This document shows positions 27,397 through 37,535 of a stretch of 53,625 nucleotides of DNA, piece after piece. The stretch lies in the NCBI GenBank assembly GCA_937929825.1, contig CALFUV010000003.1:1-53625 (forward strand). Reading direction: 5' to 3'. The stretch comes from an uncultured Patescibacteria group bacterium (GTDB lineage: Bacteria > Patescibacteriota > Patescibacteriia > Veblenbacterales > UBA10138). Position 1 is the stretch's first letter, and every line of letters starts with the position of its first letter. Below the pieces are notes generated by a model that saw nothing but the letters and a program-made list of their open reading frames with translations, ran no database searches and was not told the origin of the DNA. Both the position numbers and the translations under genes were made by a program.

Positions 27397-28144
27397 TGTC
27401 AATTTCAAATTGTCTATACCCAGCCCGCTCTACTTTTTTAACCAAATTAATATTACCTGATTCAATTATTTTACCAGCTGTTAAAATATGCACATGGGTA
27501 GGTTTAATATAATGTAAAATCCTTTGATAATGGGTAATGACCAGCATAGCTATTTTAGTCTTTAATAAATGATTAACTGCTTTAGCTACCAGTTTCATAG
27601 CATCTACATCAAGACCTGAATCGGTCTCGTCTAAAATAGCCAATTTAGGCTTAAGTACTGTCAATTGTAGTATTTCTAAAAGCTTTTTCTCACCACCAGA
27701 AAAACCATCATTAAGAGAGCGATCCAAAAAATCATTTTTTATTTTTAACAATTCAAGTTCAGGCTGAATATATTGCCTAAACTCTTGAGGTTTTATAGTT
27801 TTTTCTCCTTTTTTATCGCGATGGGCATTAAATGCAGTGCGTAAAAAATGTTCAACTGTTAAACCAGGTACGGCTATTGGATACTGGAAAGCTAAAAAAA
27901 GACCGCAAAACGACCTTTCTTCAGGTTTTAATCGTAAAAGATCCTGACCACAAAACCAAATCCCACCCGATATTACTTCATAACCAAAATGACCCATTAA
28001 AACAGAGGCTAGAGTACTTTTACCAGAGCCATTAGGGCCCATAACTGCGTGAACTTCTCCTTGTTCAATTTTCAAATTTAACCCATTCAGTATGTTTTTA
28101 TTGTCTGCCTTAACACATAAATTATTTACTTCTAATAAGGACAT
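27383..28144 (-). CDS. sufC: Fe-S cluster assembly ATPase SufC
   Basis: 253 aa ABC ATPase. Walker A GPNGSGKST, signature FSGGEKK, Walker B LAILDETDSGLD. Confidence 0.95.
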   Translation of the reverse strand: MSLLEVNNLCVKADNKNILNGLNLKIEQGEVHAVMGPNGSGKSTLASVLMGHFGYEVISGGIWFCGQDLLRLKPEERSFCGLFLAFQYPIAVPGLTVEHFLRTAFNAHRDKKGEKTIKPQEFRQYIQPELELLKIKNDFLDRSLNDGFSGGEKKLLEILQLTVLKPKLAILDETDSGLDVDAMKLVAKAVNHLLKTKIAMLVITHYQRILHYIKPTHVHILTAGKIIESGNINLVKKVERAGYRQFEIDNVKE

Positions 28145-28145
28145 T

Positions 28146-28742
28146 TTATAATCTTTCTGATATTAACTCCCAATTAATAACATTCCACCATGCTTCTATG
28201 TATTCAGCACGACGGTTTTGATACTTTAAATAATAAGCATGTTCCCATACATCTAAACCTAATAAGGGCGTAAATCCTTGTGTTATTGGATTATCTTGAT
28301 TTGGTGTAGTTGTAATAACTAATTTGCGATTAGCATCTTTAACTAACCAAGCCCAACCACTCCCAAAAATACTTAATGAAGCATTAATAAACTGTTCTTT
28401 AAATTTAATAAAATCACCAAAATCAGCAGCAATTAACTCTCCTATTTTACCCTGTGGTTCACCGCCGCCTTGCGGACTTAAACTAGGCCAAAATAAAGAA
28501 TGATTCAAATGGCCGCCGCCATGATTACGCAAAGCTCCTCTTATATTTTCAGGGGCTGATTGATAATTTTTTACTATTTCTTCCAATTGTTTAGCTGCCC
28601 ACTCGACCGATTTCTCCAATGCTTCGTTAAGTTTAGTCACATAAGTAGCATGATGCTTGCTATAATGTATTTCCATAGTTTTGGCATCTATGTAAGGTTC
28701 TAGAGCATCAAATGAATATGGTAATTGTGGTAATTCAAACAT
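28146..28742 (-). CDS. Fe/Mn superoxide dismutase
   Basis: 198 aa. [19 protein letters not shown] and DVWEHAYYL motifs. The stop is 1 nt from the sufC start. Confidence 0.95.
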   Translation of the reverse strand: MFELPQLPYSFDALEPYIDAKTMEIHYSKHHATYVTKLNEALEKSVEWAAKQLEEIVKNYQSAPENIRGALRNHGGGHLNHSLFWPSLSPQGGGEPQGKIGELIAADFGDFIKFKEQFINASLSIFGSGWAWLVKDANRKLVITTTPNQDNPITQGFTPLLGLDVWEHAYYLKYQNRRAEYIEAWWNVINWELISERL

Positions 28743-28862
28743 AATTTACTTAATAATTAATTAATAATTTTTATAAAGTCGGACAAACTTTTTATTTAAA
28801 AAATGTTAAAACCCATAATGTATGTCTATCAGCTAGTTTTTATATATATAAAAATTTCTTAA

Positions 28863-29966
28863 TTAAGCACCAAAGATATTTTGAAAAAAGCCGCTGGAAA
28901 TCCGCATAATATCACGATAAGTAATTAATATCACCAAAAACATCAAAAAAGCAAAACCAATATTATGTACTATAGCTTCGATTTTAACATCTGTTGGCTT
29001 ACGACGGATTTTTTCAATAATCACAAATAATACTCTGCCACCATCCAATGCCGGAAAAGGCAATATATTTATCAAAGCTAAATTAATTGATAATAACGCA
29101 GCGAACTGTAAAATATAAATAAAACCCATATCAACTACCTGACCGGTAATAATCGCTATGCCAACTGGTCCAGCCAAATCAACCGGTACCTGCCGAGATA
29201 CAAATAAACTACGAAATAATGAACCAAAAGATAAAACTATTTCTTTAGTTAAAACAACGGTAGCACGAGCCCCTTGCCAAATGGCTTCATACCAAGGGAA
29301 AGTCAAGATTCCGGTTTGGACTAAAGAAATACCCAATACCGGCCTATCGGCCACCTCAGGTAATAATACTGGCTGAACCTCGGTTGATATTTCACTATTA
29401 AAACGCTGTAATTTAATATTTATTGGCCTGTCTGAGTGTGAGGCAATATAGGCTTGTGTTTGTTCTAAATTAGAAAAAATTTCACCATCAAGACTTAAAA
29501 TAATATCTCCTACTTTTAAACCAGCTTCAGCAGCTGGTGATTTCGTGGAAACATAAGCAATTTGTATTTTTACATCATGCGCCCGGGCAACCTCTTCGTC
29601 AGTTAACGAAACCGGCACACCACTCATAAAACCTAAACTCAATAAAATAAAGGCTAGTATCATATTCATAGTGACTCCGGCCACTAGAACTATTGTTCGA
29701 CGCCATGGTTTTTGAGCGGCAAAACTATCTGGTTCACTGGCATCACCACTACTTTCTCCTTTAAGCTTTACAAAACCACCTAGGGGCAACCAATTAAAAG
29801 AATAACGAGTACCTTCTTTTTCTATTGATGCTAAGCGTGGCGGAAAACCAAAACCAAACTCTTCAACTTTGATGCCTAATTTTCGAGCAGCAAAAAAATG
29901 GCCCCATTCATGTGCTAAAACTAAAACCAACAAAATTATAAAGAAAGTAAGTATAGTAATAAACAT
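28863..29966 (-). CDS. rseP: Site-2 protease RseP (M50 zinc metalloprotease)
   Basis: 367 aa. HEWGH zinc motif, one PDZ domain, and NLALINILPFPALDGG. Confidence 0.9.
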   Translation of the reverse strand: MFITILTFFIILLVLVLAHEWGHFFAARKLGIKVEEFGFGFPPRLASIEKEGTRYSFNWLPLGGFVKLKGESSGDASEPDSFAAQKPWRRTIVLVAGVTMNMILAFILLSLGFMSGVPVSLTDEEVARAHDVKIQIAYVSTKSPAAEAGLKVGDIILSLDGEIFSNLEQTQAYIASHSDRPINIKLQRFNSEISTEVQPVLLPEVADRPVLGISLVQTGILTFPWYEAIWQGARATVVLTKEIVLSFGSLFRSLFVSRQVPVDLAGPVGIAIITGQVVDMGFIYILQFAALLSINLALINILPFPALDGGRVLFVIIEKIRRKPTDVKIEAIVHNIGFAFLMFLVILITYRDIMRISSGFFQNIFGA

Positions 29967-29980
29967 GATAATTTTAATTT

Positions 29981-30535
29981 TTAAATAGTCATTATCTCCT
30001 TTTCTTTTTCTTCACCCATTTTTTTTATAATTTCATTCTGATCATCTATGATTTTCTGTAATTCTTTCTGAGCAGCAAAAAAATCATCTTCACTTATTTC
30101 GCCTGTATTCTTTTTATCTTTAAAAGACTTTATTATTTCTTCTCTAATATTTCTAACTGCCACACGAGCCTCTTCCAATTTTGAGTTAACTATTTTGACT
30201 AATTCTTTACGACGCTCCTCAGTTAAAGCGGGAAAATTAAGTCTAATAACAACACCATCTACAACTGGTTGTGCTCCTAAATTAGACATCTGTAAGGCTT
30301 TTTCCACTTCTTTAATAATGCTTTTATCCCACGGACTAATTACTAAAATCCTAGGTTCAGGTGCAGTAATTCCAGCCAATTCTATTAATGGTGTCATAGT
30401 ACCATAGGCCTCAATCTTAATTTGTTCTACCAGTGCCGGCATGGCTCTACCAGAGCGAATAGCTGAGAGCTGTGTTTTTAAATGTTCTCGAACTTTATCA
30501 AACTTATCAAGCGCTTCAGTAAATAATTTTTTCAT
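29981..30535 (-). CDS. frr: Ribosome recycling factor
   Basis: 184 aa with typical RRF sequence (LSAIRSGRAMPALV..., ...LTEERRKELVK...). Confidence 0.95.
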   Translation of the reverse strand: MKKLFTEALDKFDKVREHLKTQLSAIRSGRAMPALVEQIKIEAYGTMTPLIELAGITAPEPRILVISPWDKSIIKEVEKALQMSNLGAQPVVDGVVIRLNFPALTEERRKELVKIVNSKLEEARVAVRNIREEIIKSFKDKKNTGEISEDDFFAAQKELQKIIDDQNEIIKKMGEEKEKEIMTI

Positions 30536-30560
30536 AAGGTATATAAAATAGTTAACAAAA

Positions 30561-31598
30561 TTATTTTACATTATTTAACTGTCCTTGAAAAGAGGTGTCT
30601 TTATTAAACAATAAAAAATTGTAACAGATCCATTCTAAAGTCAGTCTTATATTGGCGTTATTTAGAATTTTTTCTTGTGCCCGCTGTAAAAGTTTGCTAA
30701 TCAAATACATATCTAATAGCCTCAATTTATTTAATTTTTCATAATTTGATTTTAATGTTTGGTAAATAATATAATCATCAAGGCCCAACTTTTGAAAAAT
30801 AATATCTCTCACTACTGACTGCCACACTAAAATAAGCTGCTGAGCTTTTTGACGGTTTGTTGATTGATCACCAGTCTGTTCCTTAAATTCACTTTCTAAA
30901 TAGTTAACTACTAAATAATACTGATTGTTTTTTAAAAAATTCAATAATAAATCCGCACATTCTAAAGATTTATTAAGAATCTCCGGGTTGTTTATTAATC
31001 TTAATGCCTTGCCCGGACGACCACCACTCAAACTGGCAATTAATCTAATTTGGCTGGGTGATAAATATTTGGGTAGTAAATTTTCAATTTCTTTTTTCTT
31101 TACTAATCCAAGTTGTATAATAAAACACCTCGATTTAATAGTTGGTAACAAGGCGGTTGGATGCGAGGATAATAAAAAGAATATTACTTTATTAACCGGT
31201 TCCTCTAAAGATTTAAGTAGGGCATTGCTTGATTCCTGATTCAGGTAATGAGCTCCATCAATTATCACTACTCGCCAATTACCGGTTAAAGATCCTAAAT
31301 TAATAAATTTTTTTATAGCTCTAATTTGATTAATTGTTATATCTTGCTTATCAGGAGATTTTTCAATAACCAAAACATCACTGGATTGAGATAAGTTTAG
31401 GCTGCTACAGGATTGACAATATCCACAAGCCGAATTATTTTCACATAAAAGCCGACTAACAAACCAGTCAACCAATAATCTTTTTCCTACACCCTCTGGT
31501 CCAATTAACAAATAGGCGTGATTTAACAAACCTTTGGTCTGAGAGCAAATTAAATATTCCTTCACTTTATCGTGTCCAATAATTTTAATTTCCGGCAT
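30561..31598 (-). CDS. holB: DNA polymerase III delta-prime subunit
   Basis: 345 aa. HAYLLIGPEGVGK P-loop-like motif, Cys cluster CGYCQSC, SRC-type KSRC motif. Confidence 0.85.
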   Translation of the reverse strand: MPEIKIIGHDKVKEYLICSQTKGLLNHAYLLIGPEGVGKRLLVDWFVSRLLCENNSACGYCQSCSSLNLSQSSDVLVIEKSPDKQDITINQIRAIKKFINLGSLTGNWRVVIIDGAHYLNQESSNALLKSLEEPVNKVIFFLLSSHPTALLPTIKSRCFIIQLGLVKKKEIENLLPKYLSPSQIRLIASLSGGRPGKALRLINNPEILNKSLECADLLLNFLKNNQYYLVVNYLESEFKEQTGDQSTNRQKAQQLILVWQSVVRDIIFQKLGLDDYIIYQTLKSNYEKLNKLRLLDMYLISKLLQRAQEKILNNANIRLTLEWICYNFLLFNKDTSFQGQLNNVK

Positions 31599-32877
31599 AA
31601 TTAGTTGGTTGTATTGATTTAATTATATCTTGAGACCATGATGCTATAATAGGTAACCAAAATAAAACTGCCAAATCATTCCGCCACATAGTCGTATCTA
31701 AAATCCCATGTAGCAACTGAACAACTAAAACCGACCACCAAATAAGTTTAATATCACTATCTATTCTAATTAATACTTTAAAAAACAAAAACATTAATGC
31801 TAATAATCCCAAAAAACCTGTGGCTAACCAGGTTGTTAGCCATAAATTATGAGGGTACAAACTGGAATAATGAAGTTCAATGGCTAGTCCTGTGTTTTTT
31901 ATGCTTAACCAGCCTTTTTCTTTAGCTACTGATATAAATGCTGGTTGCCATTGTCCCAAACCAAGACCGGTAAACGGTTTTTGTTTTATAAAATCAAATG
32001 CCTGACTCCAAAATACCATCCTAACTTCACGGGAACTTATATTATAAATAGGGTTTATATGACCTGAGGGTAAATTATAAGGCCAAATTAAAACTAACCC
32101 AATAATTATTAAACCTGATAAAATTAAAGGCCAACTAAACCATTTAGCTAACGACGGTCGCCGCTGTAAAAAAACAACAAAACAAAGGGTTATTAAAACT
32201 GCACCCACAGCTGTTTGACTATTAGTTAATAAAACAGAAATAGCTAGTATTAAAATACCGCCCAGCCAAAAATATTTTTCTGCTGTGATCATTGTTTTAT
32301 GTTTTAAAAAAAACCAAACCGTAGCGGCTACTAATATAGGGTTTAAATACATAGCTAAAGTATTAGGTGAATCAAATCCACTTTGCAACCGCGGTAAATC
32401 AAGTAGCCAGCTTTGTAACCAAGCTAAAATAGAAGTACCAACTGCACCTAATAAAAGAGCTGCTATAACTTTTTTCCACCAAATATCATTATTATTGTTG
32501 TTTAAATAAAATGTAATTATCAAAAAATTAAACAATAAAGGCGTAATAATAAAACCTTTCCAAACTCCTAAGGCTAAACGAGTATCTGTGGCCACTATTA
32601 CACCAATAAAACAAGCTAGTAACCATAGGCATAATGGTAATAGCCATGATAAATATTTTCGATAATCTATTTTTTGCCATACTCGCCAATCACCACGCAG
32701 CAGCATAACTGCCAAAGTAAACCAAATACCAATTTCCAGCCAAGTGGTGGGAATAGAACCAATATTAAAACGAATTACATATGATGATAAAGCTGCCGCT
32801 AAAATCAAAATAGTTAAATCACGCCTCTGCCAGGTTAACCAGAATAATGGTAACAGTAATAACTGAAACAATAACAT
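31585..32877 (-). CDS. O-antigen ligase/polymerase family (Wzy_C) membrane protein
   Basis: 430 aa with about 10-12 TM segments and a periplasmic-loop region after a TNSQTAVGAVL-type helix, typical of Wzy_C proteins. Overlaps holB by 14 nt. Confidence 0.7.
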   Translation of the reverse strand: MLLFQLLLLPLFWLTWQRRDLTILILAAALSSYVIRFNIGSIPTTWLEIGIWFTLAVMLLRGDWRVWQKIDYRKYLSWLLPLCLWLLACFIGVIVATDTRLALGVWKGFIITPLLFNFLIITFYLNNNNNDIWWKKVIAALLLGAVGTSILAWLQSWLLDLPRLQSGFDSPNTLAMYLNPILVAATVWFFLKHKTMITAEKYFWLGGILILAISVLLTNSQTAVGAVLITLCFVVFLQRRPSLAKWFSWPLILSGLIIIGLVLIWPYNLPSGHINPIYNISSREVRMVFWSQAFDFIKQKPFTGLGLGQWQPAFISVAKEKGWLSIKNTGLAIELHYSSLYPHNLWLTTWLATGFLGLLALMFLFFKVLIRIDSDIKLIWWSVLVVQLLHGILDTTMWRNDLAVLFWLPIIASWSQDIIKSIQPTNYAGN

Positions 32878-32895
32878 GGCAACTAGTAAACTATG

Positions 32896-33903
32896 TTACT
32901 TAGCTGATAATATACTACGCTTATATGATTCAAGATTATCAAGCGCTACGCCAGTACCCTTAGCAACACAAAGTAAGGCTTCATCTGCCACAAAAGCTGT
33001 TACACCAGTAGCTTGCGTAAAAAGCTTGTCTATATTCCTTAATAAAGCAGTGCCACCCGACAAAACCATGCCTTTATCTATAACATCAGCCGATAATTCA
33101 GGTGGTGTTGATTGTAAAACAGTTTTAATAGCCTGAATGATTCCTTCCAACTCTGCGTGAATAGCTTCAGTTACATCATCAGAGGTTACGGTAATTGTTC
33201 GCGGCAAACCTGAAACCATATCCCGACCACGAACATCCATAGCTAATTTATCTTCTAAATACATAGCTGAACCAATTTTAATCTTAATTTGTTCAGCTGT
33301 TTGTTCACCAATAGCTAAACCATATTTTTTGCGAATAAAATCAGTGATGGCACTATCGAGTTTATTGCCGCCAATGCGTACAGAAGTATTAGCTACAATA
33401 CCACCTAAAGAAATTACTGCCACTTCACTAGTTCCACCACCCATATCTACTATCATATGTCCGGAAGCTGAACCTATAGGAATATTAGCACCAATAGCAG
33501 CGGCAATTGGTTCTTTAATAATATAAGCTTCTTTAGCTCCGGCCGCATTGGTAGCATCAATCACCGCCCTTCGCTCAGTGGAGGTTATACCAGCCGGCAC
33601 AGCTATCATAACTTCAGGTTTAAAAAAACGAATACCACCTAAAGCTTTATTTATAAAATACCTTAGCATTGCCTCAGTAGTGCGGTAATCAGCTATTACA
33701 CCGTCTTTTAAGGGTCTTAAAGCCACAATAGTATCAGGGGTACGACCAAGCATTTCCTTAGCCTCCTCACCCACTGCCAAAACACCACGATCAACAGTAG
33801 ACACAGCCACCACTGATGGCTCATTAATAACTATACCCCGATTCGGAACATGAACTAATGTATAAGTGGTACCTAAATCAATACCAATTTTCTTAATAAA
33901 CAT
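32896..33903 (-). CDS. mreB: Rod-shape determining actin homologue MreB
   Basis: 335 aa. IGIDLGTT, DMGGGTSEV and SGGTALLRNIDK motifs. Confidence 0.95.
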   Translation of the reverse strand: MFIKKIGIDLGTTYTLVHVPNRGIVINEPSVVAVSTVDRGVLAVGEEAKEMLGRTPDTIVALRPLKDGVIADYRTTEAMLRYFINKALGGIRFFKPEVMIAVPAGITSTERRAVIDATNAAGAKEAYIIKEPIAAAIGANIPIGSASGHMIVDMGGGTSEVAVISLGGIVANTSVRIGGNKLDSAITDFIRKKYGLAIGEQTAEQIKIKIGSAMYLEDKLAMDVRGRDMVSGLPRTITVTSDDVTEAIHAELEGIIQAIKTVLQSTPPELSADVIDKGMVLSGGTALLRNIDKLFTQATGVTAFVADEALLCVAKGTGVALDNLESYKRSILSAK

Positions 33904-34005
33904 AACGACTCAACTTTAACTAAAAAACAGTTCTTAGTCAATAAAAAATAAGCAATTAACTTTATTACCTAATAACGCTTACCAATAATTAGCTAATTTG
34001 GTTAT

Positions 34006-34497
34006 TTACTCAAATTTAACAGGAACAATCATCTCTGCATCAAATTCAGGTAAGCCAGAGGGATTATCTTTATGCAGAATTAATTTACCTTCAGCAGTAT
34101 TGGGTTTACTAAAAGTAACTGTAGTTTCAAAAGATATAAAATCAGTAGTCATCCAATCTTCATTTGTCATAATATATGATGGTTCTAAAATAACTTCATT
34201 ACCATTCGCATCCACCATGCTTATTGGGAAACTGGCTTCAAAAAACCAATTACCCCTAGCCTGACCTTTAATTTTAAGAGGACTAGCTATAATTTCATTG
34301 GGCAGAGGGGTTTCTAGTTTTATTAAATCTGACAAATTATTTTTTAAATTATCATCAATTTCTTTTGGTTTATTAACGCCTATAGCAGGGTAATAAGGAG
34401 TTTGAACTTTTTTATTAAGCAAACTCATTACTGAAAAAATTAATATAACGCTTATTGCAAGCATTAAACTAACTAACCAAATCAATTTTTTATTCAT
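34006..34497 (-). CDS. Gmad2 immunoglobulin-like domain protein, membrane anchored
   Basis: 163 aa. N-terminal TM anchor, then PLKIKGQARGNWFFEASFPISMVDANGNE, the Gmad2-type pattern. Confidence 0.65.
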   Translation of the reverse strand: MNKKLIWLVSLMLAISVILIFSVMSLLNKKVQTPYYPAIGVNKPKEIDDNLKNNLSDLIKLETPLPNEIIASPLKIKGQARGNWFFEASFPISMVDANGNEVILEPSYIMTNEDWMTTDFISFETTVTFSKPNTAEGKLILHKDNPSGLPEFDAEMIVPVKFE

Positions 34498-34519
34498 ATA
34501 ATTATGATTAAATAATTAA

Positions 34520-34942
34520 TTACTTAAGGGTTAATAAAATAGCACCAATGGTTATCAAAATAGCTCCTAAACCAGATTTCCAAGTAATACTTTCTGCCAA
34601 AAAAATAGCTGCCAAAATAATAACAAAAACAATACTTAGTCTATCCAAAGAGGCCACTCCGGCCGCCGGGCCTAATTTTAAAGCATAAAAATAAAATAAC
34701 CATGATAAAGCACCTGCTAAACCAGATAAAATTATAAATAGCAAGGCTTTATTATCAATAGTCGTTAAAAGTTTAAATTTACCCAAAATACCGGCCAAAC
34801 TAACTAAAAATAACATCATGATCACAGAACGAACTGCGGTAGCTAAAGTAGAATCAATATTATTTATACCAACCTTGCCAAAAATAGCGACCAAAGCAGC
34901 AGTCAGGGCCGATAACAAGGCAAATATAATCCACAAAGGCAT
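34520..34942 (-). CDS. EamA-family (DMT) small transporter
   Basis: 140 aa, 4-5 TM segments, single EamA repeat (ALLSALTAALVAIFGKVG...). Confidence 0.7.
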   Translation of the reverse strand: MPLWIIFALLSALTAALVAIFGKVGINNIDSTLATAVRSVIMMLFLVSLAGILGKFKLLTTIDNKALLFIILSGLAGALSWLFYFYALKLGPAAGVASLDRLSIVFVIILAAIFLAESITWKSGLGAILITIGAILLTLK

Positions 34943-34996
34943 AAATTAATAATTACTAGTAATTTTACATCATTTAATAATTTCAAAATTTATATT

Positions 34997-36136
34997 TTAG
35001 CCTATTAAATTAGTTAAATTCCATAATTCATAAATAATACCGCCAGCTAAAATAATTAAAAGCACACGACTCATAATAATTTTCCAAGATGTTGTTAGCA
35101 CATGCCTTTGGTACATAACCATTATAAATATTCCATCAACAGCTAACATAACCGCGCCCACAAAAGCAATTAACTCAATAAAATTTCTTACACCTAAATA
35201 ATAAAGCGTTAGTGGCACCAAAACTGTAATTGACCAAGACCAATCTCTTCTTAAACTAAAATCAAATTCCAATACCTGCCTTAATGTTAATCCTAGGGCA
35301 ATATACGAAGTAAAGGTGGTAATAAGTCCAAAAATTAATAATGGTATCTCAATACCATTACCTACTTTTTGTGCCAATCCGGGTAAGGCAGAGGTGGATG
35401 TTTCTGAGCCGCTTATAGCTAAAATAGCTGCGGTAAAAATTAAATATATCAATGCAGGCAATATAATAGATATTCCCACCACTCTTAACAATACTTTTTT
35501 GTTTTTGCCAAGCATTTCTTCAATTTGTGGAATTAAAGAAACCCCCCATAAAGAAAACATAACTACCCCGTAAGGTAAAAACCAATTAGCCGATTCAAAT
35601 GATCGGGCAGTTAAATTAAATAAACTAAATTCCGCTCTGCCAAGCCAAATAACCCCTAATAAGATAAATAAAAAAGCAACTAGTCCAAAAACTTGAATTT
35701 TTTCAATAGCTTTAATGCCAATCAAAAAAATAAACGCACCGGCTGATAAGTAAATAAGTGTATAAGTAGTTACACTACCTCCCAATTTATTAGCTAAAAG
35801 TGTATATAAAAATTCGCCGCCTACAATAATATAAGCAATTACTGCACCCAGTAAAGCTAATGAATGTGTAAATCGGCTTATTTTAGCCCACTTTGCTCCT
35901 AAATAATATTTAACAAAACCGGGCAATCTTTTGTGATCTGGTGTTATTAAAGCTAATTCAGCAAAAAATTTATGAATTAACCAGACAAAAAATCCCATCA
36001 CTATAAAATAAGTCAGCATCACGCCCCAACCTACACGTAAGGTTACATAGGGCAATGAAAACAAACCAACTCCAATAATAGTACCGGCCAATGTAGCTAC
36101 GGCGTAGCTAAAAAGTAAACTCTGACGACGTAACAT
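34997..36136 (-). CDS. Amino acid permease (aromatic amino acid/HAAAP-like family)
   Basis: 379 aa, about 11 TM segments. N-terminal GTIIGVGLFSLPY motif typical of Trp/Tyr-permease-type transporters. Substrate is unknown. Confidence 0.6.
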   Translation of the reverse strand: MLRRQSLLFSYAVATLAGTIIGVGLFSLPYVTLRVGWGVMLTYFIVMGFFVWLIHKFFAELALITPDHKRLPGFVKYYLGAKWAKISRFTHSLALLGAVIAYIIVGGEFLYTLLANKLGGSVTTYTLIYLSAGAFIFLIGIKAIEKIQVFGLVAFLFILLGVIWLGRAEFSLFNLTARSFESANWFLPYGVVMFSLWGVSLIPQIEEMLGKNKKVLLRVVGISIILPALIYLIFTAAILAISGSETSTSALPGLAQKVGNGIEIPLLIFGLITTFTSYIALGLTLRQVLEFDFSLRRDWSWSITVLVPLTLYYLGVRNFIELIAFVGAVMLAVDGIFIMVMYQRHVLTTSWKIIMSRVLLIILAGGIIYELWNLTNLIG

Positions 36137-36140
36137 ATAA

Positions 36141-36362
36141 TTAAAGTTTGGAAATCTCCTTTAAATCCTTATCTGGTAGATACAAAATAGCTAAACCTAA
36201 AGTAATACCGCCAAGCGCGCTCCAAGTATGATTGCCATTAAATAAAATAATATCTAAACCATCTAAAACATACCAGATGCCGCGCCAAATTAAAACCAAA
36301 CCAACCACGATTAATAAATTGCGTACAAAATAAGATAATAAATTTTGCTTGGAGGACAACAT
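36141..36362 (-). CDS. Small two-TM membrane protein, unknown function
   Basis: 73 aa with two hydrophobic helices. Tightly packed between the permease (4-nt gap) and the saccharopine-dehydrogenase-like gene. Confidence 0.4.
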   Translation of the reverse strand: MLSSKQNLLSYFVRNLLIVVGLVLIWRGIWYVLDGLDIILFNGNHTWSALGGITLGLAILYLPDKDLKEISKL

Positions 36363-36376
36363 AATTTAATTAAAAA

Positions 36377-37531
36377 TTAGTTTATAGTATTATTATCCTG
36401 ATAAACTGTCATACCCTTTCTCTTTATTTCAGTAAAAAATTCACTGGGCGGCACTACTCCATCTGGAGTAAAACTACCTCGTTTGGAAATTCTTCCATCT
36501 AAAATCATCTGAGCAATAATTGAAGCTGGAATACCAGTATCAATATTACAACCGGCATCTATCCAATCAGATAAAGTATAAACAATACATTCCATTTTCA
36601 TAATCTTAATAGCTCCATCCTTATCAGTACCGTGAATTTCAACCCATAAATTTTCTTTTTCTCTGTAATTCTCCGGGCGGGGCAATTGGCTTAAGATTCT
36701 AGAAAGTGCATCAATTGGTCTTATTTCAATATGCTCAAATTCTAATAAATTTTTATTACCTAAACCAAGCTCTATCAAATTTTTTATTATCTCCAAAGAA
36801 TGATCAGGAAAACCAGCATAAAACCTGACATTTTGCAAACCCAATTTTTTATAATCATTATAAAGAGTAAATGTTTCAGGGTGGCGTACTATATAGCTTC
36901 TTTGAGCACCAATTTCCCTAATTTCCTTAATCACCTCGGTATCCAAAGGATTTTTTTCTTTCCATTCACCTTGATCAACATAAGGCGCTGGCTCTGTTAA
37001 CTCTTCAATGACACTCTCAATAGAAAAAGGAACCATAAACTTCTTAAGATCAGAATCCCAAGCAAACCCCAGTTCAACGGTATTAATGGTTGAAAAAAAT
37101 TGAGTTGCATATTTAAACATTATATTATTTATACCAGGAGTTGACCCACAACCAGTAATAGCTGTTAAACCAGCTGTATAAAAAGCTTTGTTCATTCTAA
37201 GCTGAGTTTTGGTCATGGGTATATCAGAACCAAGATCAATCACATGTCTCCTCTCTTGTAAACAAACTCTATAAACATCATGATTCCAGTCTCCCTCAGC
37301 ACAATTAATTACAACTTTAGCTTTAACTCGCTTCATAAACCTCTCAAATTGGGAATACTTTCTCAGATCAATAAATGTAAATTGAGTACCGGGAAATTGT
37401 GATAATACCCTCTCTGATCCATCACGGTATAAATCAGCACAGTGAATTTTATAACCGGACTCTAGTAAATCTCGAGTGACAATTTGGCCCTGCAGCCCGC
37501 TAGAACCAATGACTAAAAAATCATATTTCAT
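36377..37531 (-). CDS. Saccharopine dehydrogenase-family NAD(P)-binding oxidoreductase
   Basis: 384 aa. N-terminal Rossmann motif FLVIGSSGLQG. Length and C-terminal domain layout resemble Sacchrp_dh_NADP/Sacchrp_dh_C proteins. Substrate is not inferable. Confidence 0.7.
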   Translation of the reverse strand: MKYDFLVIGSSGLQGQIVTRDLLESGYKIHCADLYRDGSERVLSQFPGTQFTFIDLRKYSQFERFMKRVKAKVVINCAEGDWNHDVYRVCLQERRHVIDLGSDIPMTKTQLRMNKAFYTAGLTAITGCGSTPGINNIMFKYATQFFSTINTVELGFAWDSDLKKFMVPFSIESVIEELTEPAPYVDQGEWKEKNPLDTEVIKEIREIGAQRSYIVRHPETFTLYNDYKKLGLQNVRFYAGFPDHSLEIIKNLIELGLGNKNLLEFEHIEIRPIDALSRILSQLPRPENYREKENLWVEIHGTDKDGAIKIMKMECIVYTLSDWIDAGCNIDTGIPASIIAQMILDGRISKRGSFTPDGVVPPSEFFTEIKRKGMTVYQDNNTIN

Positions 37532-37535
37532 ATAT

